Source of the DNA: Tolypothrix carrinoi HA7290-LM1
Lineage (GTDB): Bacteria; Cyanobacteriota; Cyanobacteriia; Cyanobacteriales; Nostocaceae
DNA length: 64,000 nucleotides
Direction: 5' to 3'
Assembly (NCBI GenBank): GCA_019358935.1
Contig: JAHHIK010000016.1
Coordinates: forward strand, 36,046-100,045
Shown: in pieces, positions 50,120-59,612 of the stretch
Position numbering within the stretch: the first letter of the stretch is position 1
Layout: the number at the start of each line of letters is the position of its first letter
Notes under the pieces: generated by a model
Told to the model about the DNA's origin: nothing
Seen by the model: only the letters and a program-made list of their open reading frames with translations
Database searches by the model: none
Position numbers and translations under genes: made by a program

Positions 50120-50469
50120 GATCTACTAGAATTCCCAAAACTCGATTGTAAGTTGCATAAAGTTCTCGAGCTGTTTCAACGTCCAGATAATTGCATTTAA
50201 CGGCGAATTTGAGCCACGTTTGAGTCTCTGCGGCTTCTGCTTCAGAATCGTTTAGTTTAGCTATAAAAGCTGCTTCATAACGCCGCTTTCTCCATGCTTC
50301 GGCTAAATTAGCGCAAACAGAGCGTGACGATCTACGAATTTGGTCAGTTAAAGAATATCTCTCTTCCACGGGAAACTTCTTTGATAGTTCAAAGATTTTC
50401 ATAGCTGCATCAAATGCCATTTGGTATACTTCCAAGTCCTCATGACTTTTAATTGGTTCTTTTCTCATC

Positions 50470-50600
50470 TCCCCTGCCCCCTGCTCCCTGCCCCCTGCCC
50501 CCTGCTCCCTGCCCCCTGCCCCCTGCCCCCTGCCCCCTGCCCCCTGCCCCCTGCCCCCTGCCCCCTGCCCCCTGCCCCCTGCCCCATTACCCATGCCCAA
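50470..50600. repeat. STRR (CCCCTGC)n, right arm
   Basis: Heptamer array complementary to 48560-48674. Confidence 0.88.
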
Positions 50601-53600
50601 TCAAAACGGACGTGGTTTGGCGATACCATAGCCTTGTGCATAATCGACGCCCAGAGTGGTAATTTTTGCTAAGATTTCTTGATTTTCGACAAACTCGGCG
50701 ATAGTTTTAATACCCATCAAATGACCAATTTGATTGATTGCTTCTACCATTGCTAAATCAATCGGGTCCTCGACAATATGCTGGATAAAGCTGCCATCAA
50801 TTTTCAGATAGTCTACTGGCAGATTTTTGAGATAAGCAAACGAAGACATTCCACTACCAAAGTCATCCAAAGCGAAGTGACAGCCGATTTCTCGCAGTGA
50901 ACGAATGAATTGAGCCGCTTTTCCTAAATTAGCGATCGCTACGGTTTCGGTAATTTCAAAGCAGATTAATGCTGGCGGAATTTGGTATAATGCAAACTGC
51001 TCGTGCAGAAATTCGATAAACTGCTCATCGTTAATACTCGCACCAGAAAGGTTGATAGCATACAAACAGCCGCAACCAACTTTATTTAATTGACAACCTT
51101 TCCAGGTTTCTCGATAATGCTGTCCTTGAGTCGCAAACAAAGTACGGATTACCCAACGGTCAAGAGTTTGCATTAAATCGTAACGTTCAGCCGATCGCAT
51201 AAAGGCGATCGGTGATACTAAGTTCCCGACTTCATCCACAAGACGCAACAGCACTTCATAATGTTCGCCATTTTCAGATTCGGTAATCGGGACAATCGGC
51301 TGGTAATAAAGGCAAAAACGATTTTCTTCCAAAGCTTGAGTAATCCGCGCTACCCATTGCATTTCACCTTGCTGCTGCGTCAGTTGAGTATCATCAGCTT
51401 GATAAATATGCACTCGATTGCGTCCGTTATTTTTGGCAGCATAGCAAGCTGCATCAGCAGCACTTAAAACAGTAGTTACGCTTTCACTGTTCTCATTAAT
51501 CTCAACCAACCCGATACTGACACCAAGTTTAAAAATTTTATCTTGCCAAACAAAACGAAATGCTTCGATACTTTCACGCAGCATCTTGGCGATCGGTAGT
51601 GCTGCCTCTAGAGAGCAATGGTTGAGCAAAATACCAAATTCATCTCCGCCCAAACGTGCTAAAGTATCGCTGGAACGCACCTGAGCCTGAAATAATGCGG
51701 TTACTTGGCGCAAAAGTTCATCACCAACGATATGACCGCAAGTATCATTAACTATTTTGAACTGATCTAAATCTAGATAACACAATGCATGTTGTTGATT
51801 TTGTGTTCTGGCAAAGACTAAAGTTTGAGTCAGGCAATTTTCAAACTCACGGCGGTTAACTAGTCCTGTTAAAGCATCGTGACTCGCTTGCCAACTTAGT
51901 TGACGTGCCAGAGAGCGGGCTGTGGTAACATCATGAAACACCATGACAGCACCGATTATTTCATCATCAAGAGTGCGAATTGGTGCGGCAGAATCTTCAA
52001 CAGCAAACTCATTACCATTACGGCTAATTAAAACAGTATCCTTAGCAAGAGAGACAATATTACCTTCGCGTAAGGCTTTTTGTACTGGGTTTTCTACTGG
52101 TTCGCGGGTAAGTTCGTTGATAATGTGAAATACCTCTGTCAACGGCTTTCCTTGCGCTGACTGCTGACTCCAGCCTGTGAGTTCTTCAGCGACTGGGTTG
52201 AGAAATCTAATTTTACTTTCAGCATCAGTGGTGATAACTGCATCCCCGATAGATCGTAACGTCACTTGCGCGAGTTCTTTTTCTTCAAAAAGCTCTTGTT
52301 CTAGCCGATGGCGAATCTGTTGTTCTAAACGATGGCGATCGCTTATATCAACCGCCACACCACCAACATACTTTTGTCCCCCAGTGTTTTCAAAGGGAAA
52401 TTTGAAGACTAACCAGTGATGCATACATCCATCTGGGGTAGGAACAGCCTCAATTAGCTCTACAGTTTTACCTGTAGACATGACAAATATATCATTTTCA
52501 CATATCTGTTTTGCTGTGTCGTGCGACAACCAATCAAAATCGGTCTTACCTCGCAAAGAAGCGGATTTTATGTTGAAAACTTGCTCTAACTGCTTGTTAA
52601 CGTAAACGTAGCGTCCTCCCTCGTCTTTCATAAAAGCCACCGTCGGACTGTTATTCATGAAAGCTTGAAAGAGTTCTTCACTTTCTTGCAACGCCGTTTC
52701 TGCTTGTTTGCGCTTGATAAATTGACCGATTTGACTGCCGATCGCCGTCATCATCGTCAGCAAATCCGACTGTGGTGACTGAATCTTTCGGCTGAAAAAG
52801 GTCATAACGCCGAGAATTTCGCTTTGATTTTTGAGGGGAAAACCAAAAGCACCGTGCAGTCCTTCTTGGATTGCACTCTTTGTTCGCAGAAAATTCGCTT
52901 CGCTGTTGATATCTTCAATCCAGACCGGTTCACCGCTAGCCCAGACGCGACCTGGTAGCCCAATACCTGGTGAAAAGGCGATCTGCCGAGAAACCAACAA
53001 AAACTCTGAGATATCAACCGACGGCAAATGCCAAGTTTCCACATAGCGTAGCACGTTGGCTTGCTCGTCTAACATCCAAAGTTCCCCAACTTCCCATCCC
53101 AGGTATTTGCAGATAACTTCCAAAATTTTTGGAGTCGCTTCTTCCAGCTTGGCTGATTCTGACAATATCCGGGTTGTGGCATGTTCCGCAGAAAGATGCG
53201 CTTGCGATCGCTTACGTTCTGTAATGTCTCGACCGATATAAACTAAATCTGGTGAATTTTCATTAATACCAGTCTGAATTACTGCTGCCGAAAAAGCAAC
53301 AAAAACCTCATCCCCGGTTTTTGTTTGACAAACAACTTCGCAATTATGCAAAAATTTCGCATTTATGCTGGAATCTCCTTGGTTTCCTTTTGATAATAAC
53401 TCTTCTCCATTAATAATCTGGGAAATATGCTTCTCTAATAATTCCGTTTCGCTATAGCCAAATAAATCAATTGCGGCTTGATTGACTCTTTTTATCTTTC
53501 CAAAGGTATTTGTTACCAACAATACATCGGCGATGGATCTAATAATATTATCAAGATAATTTTGCGAAGCTGTTAATTTACTCAATAAAATATTTGCCTC

Positions 53601-54023
53601 GCGATTTTTCTGGACTAAGTTTTGCTGCAAAACCATTCTTGATGTGGCATTTTCAAAGAAGATTAGCAACTTTCTATCCAGATTTATCACATACAAATCA
53701 ATGTAGAATAAAGTATAATTTTCCGAAACCCGCGTTATTCCTTTTAACTCAAAATATTGCTTTCGTCCTTCCAAAATGTCTATTAGGATGTCTTCCACTC
53801 CTATTAGTTCCGGAAAGCCAAGGCGGACATCTCTTAAAAGCATCACCTCTGATGGACAATCAGCAAACCGTTGCACTTGTTCAGAGACATCTAGAATGTG
53901 AAAATCTCTATTGATTTGTAAGTATTCCATCTGTCGATTATCTGAAAACTTGTTACAAATCTGCTCCAGTTCCAAATATTTCATGTCTGGTGACGCTTTA
54001 TTATTCCTTTTAAGCAGACTCAT
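50601..54023 (-). CDS. PAS/GAF/PAS/PAS-GGDEF-EAL diguanylate cyclase/phosphodiesterase
   Basis: HDALTGLVNRR, ARLGGDEF, YEVLLR, ALDDFGSG, KIDGSF, AQGY. Confidence 0.93.
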   Translation of the reverse strand: MSLLKRNNKASPDMKYLELEQICNKFSDNRQMEYLQINRDFHILDVSEQVQRFADCPSEVMLLRDVRLGFPELIGVEDILIDILEGRKQYFELKGITRVSENYTLFYIDLYVINLDRKLLIFFENATSRMVLQQNLVQKNREANILLSKLTASQNYLDNIIRSIADVLLVTNTFGKIKRVNQAAIDLFGYSETELLEKHISQIINGEELLSKGNQGDSSINAKFLHNCEVVCQTKTGDEVFVAFSAAVIQTGINENSPDLVYIGRDITERKRSQAHLSAEHATTRILSESAKLEEATPKILEVICKYLGWEVGELWMLDEQANVLRYVETWHLPSVDISEFLLVSRQIAFSPGIGLPGRVWASGEPVWIEDINSEANFLRTKSAIQEGLHGAFGFPLKNQSEILGVMTFFSRKIQSPQSDLLTMMTAIGSQIGQFIKRKQAETALQESEELFQAFMNNSPTVAFMKDEGGRYVYVNKQLEQVFNIKSASLRGKTDFDWLSHDTAKQICENDIFVMSTGKTVELIEAVPTPDGCMHHWLVFKFPFENTGGQKYVGGVAVDISDRHRLEQQIRHRLEQELFEEKELAQVTLRSIGDAVITTDAESKIRFLNPVAEELTGWSQQSAQGKPLTEVFHIINELTREPVENPVQKALREGNIVSLAKDTVLISRNGNEFAVEDSAAPIRTLDDEIIGAVMVFHDVTTARSLARQLSWQASHDALTGLVNRREFENCLTQTLVFARTQNQQHALCYLDLDQFKIVNDTCGHIVGDELLRQVTALFQAQVRSSDTLARLGGDEFGILLNHCSLEAALPIAKMLRESIEAFRFVWQDKIFKLGVSIGLVEINENSESVTTVLSAADAACYAAKNNGRNRVHIYQADDTQLTQQQGEMQWVARITQALEENRFCLYYQPIVPITESENGEHYEVLLRLVDEVGNLVSPIAFMRSAERYDLMQTLDRWVIRTLFATQGQHYRETWKGCQLNKVGCGCLYAINLSGASINDEQFIEFLHEQFALYQIPPALICFEITETVAIANLGKAAQFIRSLREIGCHFALDDFGSGMSSFAYLKNLPVDYLKIDGSFIQHIVEDPIDLAMVEAINQIGHLMGIKTIAEFVENQEILAKITTLGVDYAQGYGIAKPRPF

Positions 54024-54422
54024 TTTATCTGTTCATCAGGTTTTTTGGTGCTATTTAACAATTTGGCAATCCAATTTTCAACCACTAATTTCAATATTTT
54101 TCTCACTTAAATGGCACTCAATCAACTGGTAATTTTTGCGATTTATTTGTTAAAAAAATCGCTATTTAAGCATATTTGGGAAAGTTTTGCTGACATGATA
54201 TTTTACAGATGACCCCAGATAAGTTAATAACTAACCCCTATTAATTGAAACAAGCTTCATGATAAATTAATCTAATGTATAGAAAAATTATATACTGTTA
54301 ACTAATTTCTGCTACAGTATAATTACGGAATAAGGAACTGTTTTACTTACGTACATGCCACTTTACACATTCAGCTTGAGACTTTACGCTAAAAGCTGAC
54401 ACCTGAAGTGCTGATAGCTTGC

Positions 54423-56681
54423 ATGGCAGACCAACTTACATCTGAATTGCCCGAATGCCGACTAACTCGTTTGCCGATTCAACGCTGGCAAATTTGCCCT
54501 GACAAACCAGAAATTGCCCAAAAACTGGCAATACTTACAAATATATCGCCGATAATCAGCCAATTGCTGATAAATCGCGGTATCAAAACCCCAGAACAAG
54601 TGCAAGCTTTTTTAGATCCAGAATCTTTAAGTTTGCCTTCCCCGCTAACAGAATTCCCAGATTTGGCGATAAGTTTAGAGTTGTTAGAGTCGGCGATCGC
54701 ATCAAAAGAAAAAATCGCTATCTGCGGTGACTACGATGCAGATGGCATGACTAGCACAGCTTTATTATTGCGTAGTCTGCGAACTTTAGGCGCTCTTGTT
54801 GACTACGCCATCCCCAGCCGAATGCACGAAGGCTACGGCATTAATAAACGCATCGTTGAAGAATTTTCAAACGAAGGTGTTAAACTAATTCTCACAGTAG
54901 ATAATGGTATCTCTGCGTATGAAGCGATCGCTCTTGCCAGAGAACTCAATCTAAAAGTAATTATCACCGACCACCACGACATCCCTCAGCAATTACCGCC
55001 AGCAAACGCCATCCTTAACCCGAAACTCATAGCCGAATCCTCACCTTATCGCAGTGTCGCTGGTGTTGGCGTTGCCTATATTTTGGCAGTTTCCCTAGCA
55101 CAACAACTCGGACAAGCTAGAGGCTTAATTCAGCCGATGCTAGCACTTTTTACATTGGGAACCATTGCAGACTTAGCGCCATTGGTAGGAGTCAACCGAC
55201 GCTGGGTGAAACGCGGTTTACAACAGTTACCCAAATCCAAGTTAGCCGGAGTGCAAGCGTTAATTCAGGTAGCAGGTGTGGGAGGAGGGGGGGAGAGGGG
55301 GAGTGGGGGAGTGGGGGGACAAGGGGGACAAGGAGGACAAGGGGGACAAGGAGGACAAGGAGGAATTTCTCCCTTGTCTCCACGCCAGTCGCTACAACGG
55401 AGGGAACCTCCGCAACGCGCTGGCTCCCCCTCTCCCTTGTCTCCCTTGTCCCTTCCATCCCCCCCTCCCCCCCTCCCCCCTTCTCCCCACTCCCCACTCC
55501 CCACTCCCAAATCTCTCAAACCTGAGGATATCGGGTTTCGCTTGGGTCCGCGAATTAATGCGATTGGTCGGATTGGCGATCCGCAAATTGTGATAGATTT
55601 GCTGACTACTGATGATATGGGGATAGCGCTAGAAAAAGCGATGCAGTGCGAAGCGATTAATAAGCAACGCCAGCAAATGTGTTCAGAAATTGAATCTGAA
55701 GCGATCGCCATCGTCGAAACTGAATTTATCTCATCTCTACAGCAAGACCGGGTATTAGTTGTTGTAAAATCAAATTGGCATCATGGCGTGATTGGTATTG
55801 TCGCCTCTCGCTTGGTGGAACGCTACGGTGTGCCTGTGTTCATCGCCACTTATGAAGATGAAACACACATTCGTGGTTCTGCACGCGGAATTCCAGAGTT
55901 TAATGTGTTTGCAGCTTTGGAATATTGTCATGACTTGCTTGGCAAATATGGCGGACACAAAGCAGCTGGAGGATTTTCTTTTCCAGCAGAAAATTTGGCA
56001 GCGTTGCGAAAGCGATTGTGTGAGTTTGCCAATAAATCTCTAGAACTTGAGCATATCAAACCATTAATCAAAATTGATGCCCAGGCAAACCTGAATGAAA
56101 TCAATTCTCAGCTTTATCAACAGCTTAATGCCCTTCACCCCTGCGGTATCGACAACCCCGATCCGGTATTCTGGACACCTAATGTCCAAGTAATTGAGCA
56201 ACAAATCGTTGGCAAAGGTCACATTAAACTGACAGTGGCGCAAACTATCGACAATCAACAATTTAAAATTAAAGCGATCGCTTGGCGTTGGGGTGACTAC
56301 TTCCCCTTACCCTCTAAAGTCGATATCGCTTACAAATTACGCGAAAATAACTTTAACGGCAACACCACAATTGAGTTAGAATTACTAGGTGTCAGACTTG
56401 CAAAACATTCTCACCTGTCTTTCACCTCAGCATCTACGCCGTCAAAAAGCACCTTTGAGTATAACCAACGCCACTACACCTGTGGCATCTATCAAAATGG
56501 TGAGTTACCAGAATTAAGAATTAAAAATTCTGAAGGTAAAGTTCTCGCTGTCTGCTGTGGACATCAGAGCGCTCTTTTGGGAACCAATCGCCAAGACGCT
56601 AAAATAGTTGATATTTCTCAACCGCAGTATGACGGCATTATCCAAGCTGCTCTACAGGCTTTAGAATCAGTGAGGAGTTAG
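54423..56681 (+). CDS. recJ: ssDNA exonuclease RecJ with in-frame low-complexity insertion
   Basis: GDYDADG, TVDNG, TDHH, LGPRINAIGR, GGHKAAGG. Confidence 0.93.
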   Translation: MADQLTSELPECRLTRLPIQRWQICPDKPEIAQKLAILTNISPIISQLLINRGIKTPEQVQAFLDPESLSLPSPLTEFPDLAISLELLESAIASKEKIAICGDYDADGMTSTALLLRSLRTLGALVDYAIPSRMHEGYGINKRIVEEFSNEGVKLILTVDNGISAYEAIALARELNLKVIITDHHDIPQQLPPANAILNPKLIAESSPYRSVAGVGVAYILAVSLAQQLGQARGLIQPMLALFTLGTIADLAPLVGVNRRWVKRGLQQLPKSKLAGVQALIQVAGVGGGGERGSGGVGGQGGQGGQGGQGGQGGISPLSPRQSLQRREPPQRAGSPSPLSPLSLPSPPPPLPPSPHSPLPTPKSLKPEDIGFRLGPRINAIGRIGDPQIVIDLLTTDDMGIALEKAMQCEAINKQRQQMCSEIESEAIAIVETEFISSLQQDRVLVVVKSNWHHGVIGIVASRLVERYGVPVFIATYEDETHIRGSARGIPEFNVFAALEYCHDLLGKYGGHKAAGGFSFPAENLAALRKRLCEFANKSLELEHIKPLIKIDAQANLNEINSQLYQQLNALHPCGIDNPDPVFWTPNVQVIEQQIVGKGHIKLTVAQTIDNQQFKIKAIAWRWGDYFPLPSKVDIAYKLRENNFNGNTTIELELLGVRLAKHSHLSFTSASTPSKSTFEYNQRHYTCGIYQNGELPELRIKNSEGKVLAVCCGHQSALLGTNRQDAKIVDISQPQYDGIIQAALQALESVRS
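55281..55508. repeat. In-frame inverted repeat insertion within recJ
   Basis: G-rich 8/9-mer arm, 45-nt structured element (55382-55426), C-rich arm. Confidence 0.85.
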
Positions 56682-56769
56682 GAGGAGCCCAGGAGCAAAG
56701 GAGCGGAATTATAAGTACTCAATTAACTCCGCTCCTCTTCGTACAGACGTTCCGTCGGAACGTCTCTAC
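56675..56769. repeat. Composite hairpin plus GTAG-type REP-like palindrome
   Basis: GGAGCGGAATTA...TAACTCCGCTCC then GTACAGACGTTCC-GTC-GGAACGTCTCTAC. Confidence 0.7.
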
Positions 56770-56783
56770 CTCATTGATAACTC

Positions 56784-56906
56784 TTAAAGGTTGCCGTTGC
56801 GAAATGCTAGCAAAAATATAACTACTGGTCCAGCTATCATAATTAGCCCAACTGAAACTAGCTGAAATATAACTTCCCAATGGATATTCGCTAAAGCGTC
56901 AAACAT
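56784..56906 (-). CDS. psb30: Photosystem II protein Psb30 (Ycf12)
   Basis: MFDALANIHWEVIFQLVSVGLIMIAGPVVIFLLAFRNGNL (40 aa); not in the ORF track. Confidence 0.92.
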   Translation of the reverse strand: MFDALANIHWEVIFQLVSVGLIMIAGPVVIFLLAFRNGNL

Positions 56907-57039
56907 TATTGCCTCCGGTTGAATTCAATATTGATCTAAAAAATTAAATAAATCAAATGCAAAACCCGAAAATGATCATATCCGGCGATCGCGCACTAAA
57001 TTTAATTTACTTAACAAAATTATAAGAAAAAACATAAAC

Positions 57040-57148
57040 TGGGCATTGGGCATTGGGCATTGGGCATTGGGCATTGGGCATTGGGCATTGGGCATTGGGC
57101 ATTGGGCATTGGGCATTGGGCATTGGGCATTGGGCATTGGGCATTGGG
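57040..57148. repeat. STRR (TGGGCAT)n, ~15 perfect units
   Basis: Perfect heptamer tandem array. Confidence 0.92.
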
Positions 57149-57231
57149 GACTAGGAAAAACCGTAATCCTTAACTCCGCGCCTCCTAACTCCGCGCCTCC
57201 TAACTCCTAACTTCTAATCAAGGTGGAAAAA

Positions 57232-57582
57232 ATGGCAACTTGGGAATGTATAAAGCAATGTGGAGCCTGCTGTCATCTAGACCCAGCGGAGCGTCCAGAC
57301 TTAGAAGAGTATTTATTACCAGAGGAACTGGAACTGTATCTGAGCATGGTAGGTGAAGGGGGATGGTGCGTTAATTTTGACCATACCACGAGAGAATGCC
57401 GCATTTACGCAAATCGTCCTCGTTTCTGCCGTGTAGAAACAGAGGTGTTTCAGGATATGTATGGTATTGAGCCAGAGGAACTGAATGATTTTGCCATTGA
57501 TTGCTGTCGTCAACAGATAGAGGGAGTTTATGGCGATCGCAGTCTGGAAATACTGCGCTTTGATTCTTCTGTTGGTTTATGA
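57232..57582 (+). CDS. YkgJ family cysteine cluster protein
   Basis: CIKQCGACC, C...C..Y..RP..CR. Confidence 0.85.
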   Translation: MATWECIKQCGACCHLDPAERPDLEEYLLPEELELYLSMVGEGGWCVNFDHTTRECRIYANRPRFCRVETEVFQDMYGIEPEELNDFAIDCCRQQIEGVYGDRSLEILRFDSSVGL

Positions 57583-57922
57583 CCGACTGGGGCATGGGGC
57601 ATCGGGCATCGGGCATGGGGCATCGGGCATCGGGCATGGAAAGAATTCTATAGATGTGCGCATTACTTTCAAAGAACTTGTTTAATTCTCATTGCCCTTC
57701 GGACGGCAGGTGCGCGGCTGTCTTTTGACCGAACGCACTGCCAAACCGTTTGCCCTTCGGACGGCAGATGCTCTCGCGTAAGTCCGACACCAAGACCGCA
57801 CAGCCAAACCTATGCCCATTACCCATTACCAATTACCAATTACTTACACTGTTGCAATTTATGACGATAATCTGAGAAAATGAGAAGAATATGAAAAACC
57901 CTCGCCATAGGACTACTGAAGA

Positions 57923-58351
57923 GTGAAACTTGATGCGCCTTTGAGCCTTTCTGCCATATCTCCAATTGAAAGCGAGACAGAACTACAAGATGGTATCGAA
58001 TGCAGCTCGGCAAATATTATTATTGAGCCACTTGAGCCTGTGGATAGTGATTGTGCTGAAAAGCCACAGTCCGCATTAGTAACCTTCGGCACTACATTTA
58101 TCACAATATTTCTCGCGGAAATTGGCGATAAAACGCAGTTATCAACTTTGTTGATGAGTGCTCAATCGCATTCGCCGTGGGTGGTATTCATGGGATCTGC
58201 GGCTGCGTTGATTACCACAAGTTTATTAGGTGTACTTTTGGGTAGTTGGATAGCCAGCCGACTTTCTCCGAAAACCGTGGAAAAAGCCGCTGGGGTAATG
58301 TTGTTGCTGATTTCCATAATGCTGTTTTGGGATGTGGTTATTGGTTATTAG
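57923..58351 (+). CDS. TMEM165/GDT1 (UPF0016) half-size protein
   Basis: FLAEIGDKTQL motif, 3 TMs. Confidence 0.85.
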   Translation: MKLDAPLSLSAISPIESETELQDGIECSSANIIIEPLEPVDSDCAEKPQSALVTFGTTFITIFLAEIGDKTQLSTLLMSAQSHSPWVVFMGSAAALITTSLLGVLLGSWIASRLSPKTVEKAAGVMLLLISIMLFWDVVIGY

Positions 58352-58410
58352 TTATTGGTTAGTAGTTATTGGTTAGTAGTTAGTCGAACAATTAACAAAG
58401 GATAAAATTA

Positions 58411-58704
58411 ATGGACTGGCATCTTTTAGGGTTAAGTTTTATTACAGTTTTTTTATCAGAATTAGGTGATAAAAGTCAGTTAGCGGCGATCGCACTTTCA
58501 GGTCGTTGTCAATCGAAGCGTGCAGTGTTCTTCGGAACAGCGGGTGCGTTGCTGCTGACTAGCTTGTTAGGAGCGCTGGCAGGGGGAACTGTGGCAGAAT
58601 TATTACCGACACGTATATTAAAAGCGATCGCTGCTGTGGGATTTGCCATACTCGCTCTACGTCTGCTGTTACCTAATAATGAAGCATCCGCAGATTCTGA
58701 ATAA
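58411..58704 (+). CDS. TMEM165/GDT1 (UPF0016) half-size protein
   Basis: FLSELGDKSQL motif, 3 TMs. Confidence 0.87.
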   Translation: MDWHLLGLSFITVFLSELGDKSQLAAIALSGRCQSKRAVFFGTAGALLLTSLLGALAGGTVAELLPTRILKAIAAVGFAILALRLLLPNNEASADSE

Positions 58705-58725
58705 ACGCCCTAACTACAATAAAAC

Positions 58726-58766
58726 AATTGCCTACCAGTCATTATCAGTCTGGTAGGCAATTTTTA
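58726..58766. terminator. Bidirectional intrinsic terminator
   Basis: AATTGCCTACCAG...CTGGTAGGCAATT stem with T-tract, between convergent genes. Confidence 0.7.
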
Positions 58767-58783
58767 ATTATAGCGGCATAGTA

Positions 58784-59269
58784 TTAAACTTCTCGCCAGC
58801 AGCGACTGAATAAAGTCCCCGCAGCCAATAACTTCACAGCTTCCAGCACCCAGTAACCACCGTGTAACATATTCATGGACGCTGGAATTGTAGTAGCTGT
58901 TTCAAACAAATTCAGTTGAACTCCAATTGCAGACATTTGTGGAGTTAAGAAATAAGTGTTAACCAAAGATACAGCTAGTAGCAATACTGCTAAAACCACA
59001 GTACCACGACGCCAGCTATGAGTTTTGCTCATAGCCAAAACACCAGTCAATATTATGCCAGCAGACAATAATTCAATGCGATTAAAATTCCAGAAAATAG
59101 CATAGCCTGCTGTAGCAAAACCAGCTTGAGTCATCATGCCGGAAAGATAAAGACTAGGCATAATTACCCAATCTAAAACTATACTAGCACTGAGCCAGAA
59201 GCCTAAAGTCAAGATAACAGCGGTTTGCCAAATCGGGCGCTTGAATTCAACGTTGGAAATAGCATTCAT
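58784..59269 (-). CDS. DUF4149-like four-TM membrane protein
   Basis: Four hydrophobic helices, FNRIEL, YFLTPQM, LHGGYW. Confidence 0.7.
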   Translation of the reverse strand: MNAISNVEFKRPIWQTAVILTLGFWLSASIVLDWVIMPSLYLSGMMTQAGFATAGYAIFWNFNRIELLSAGIILTGVLAMSKTHSWRRGTVVLAVLLLAVSLVNTYFLTPQMSAIGVQLNLFETATTIPASMNMLHGGYWVLEAVKLLAAGTLFSRCWREV

Positions 59270-59510
59270 AAGAATAATTGCCTGTATTTAATTTCTAGTT
59301 TGTCGCGTAAATAGTTACTTTGACAAGCAATCTCAATTATCTTTAACAATACAGTTGTTGCTTTTATTGGTTCTTTTCGGAAAAAGTTTACTTTACTTTA
59401 CACAAGTTAACAAATACAAATAATTGTTGCTATTTCATGGTAATATAGCAATATAAACTAAACGAATTCAAAAAAAGTTATCTGCTGTTTGTAGCATTTA
59501 AACGTTATCT

Positions 59511-59539
59511 GTAGAGACGTTCTAGCAGAACGTCTCTAG
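59511..59539. repeat. GTAG-type REP-like palindrome (compensatory variant)
   Basis: GTAGAGACGTTCT-AGC-AGAACGTCTCTAG. Confidence 0.75.
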
Positions 59540-59612
59540 GAGGGATTTAGGTAATAAAGTTTATATTCAGCAACGCCTAAATCTCGATTAGCTTAATAAA
59601 TTATTTTGAAGC

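Larger units (their letters stand above)
48724..50126 (+). mobile_element. IS630 family insertion sequence
   Basis: IRs GTAGATATTAATTGACGATTGCCGGATA / (rc) GTAGATCCTAATCGTCGATAACCGGATA; TA duplication within a CTAG target. Confidence 0.92.
48677..50468 (-). pseudogene. Four helix bundle protein gene split by IS630 (reconstitutes to 128 aa)
   Basis: 5' part MRKEPIKSHEDLEVYQ...DQIRRSSRSVCANLAEAW...VLGIL (50468-50127); 3' part VTMINNPSPWLLKR* (48723-48677); joining at the duplicated TA restores the frame. Confidence 0.88.

Noticed and set aside
52300..52340. Short HRLEQ duplication in the GGDEF-EAL protein
   Set aside because: In-frame linker slippage with no evident significance
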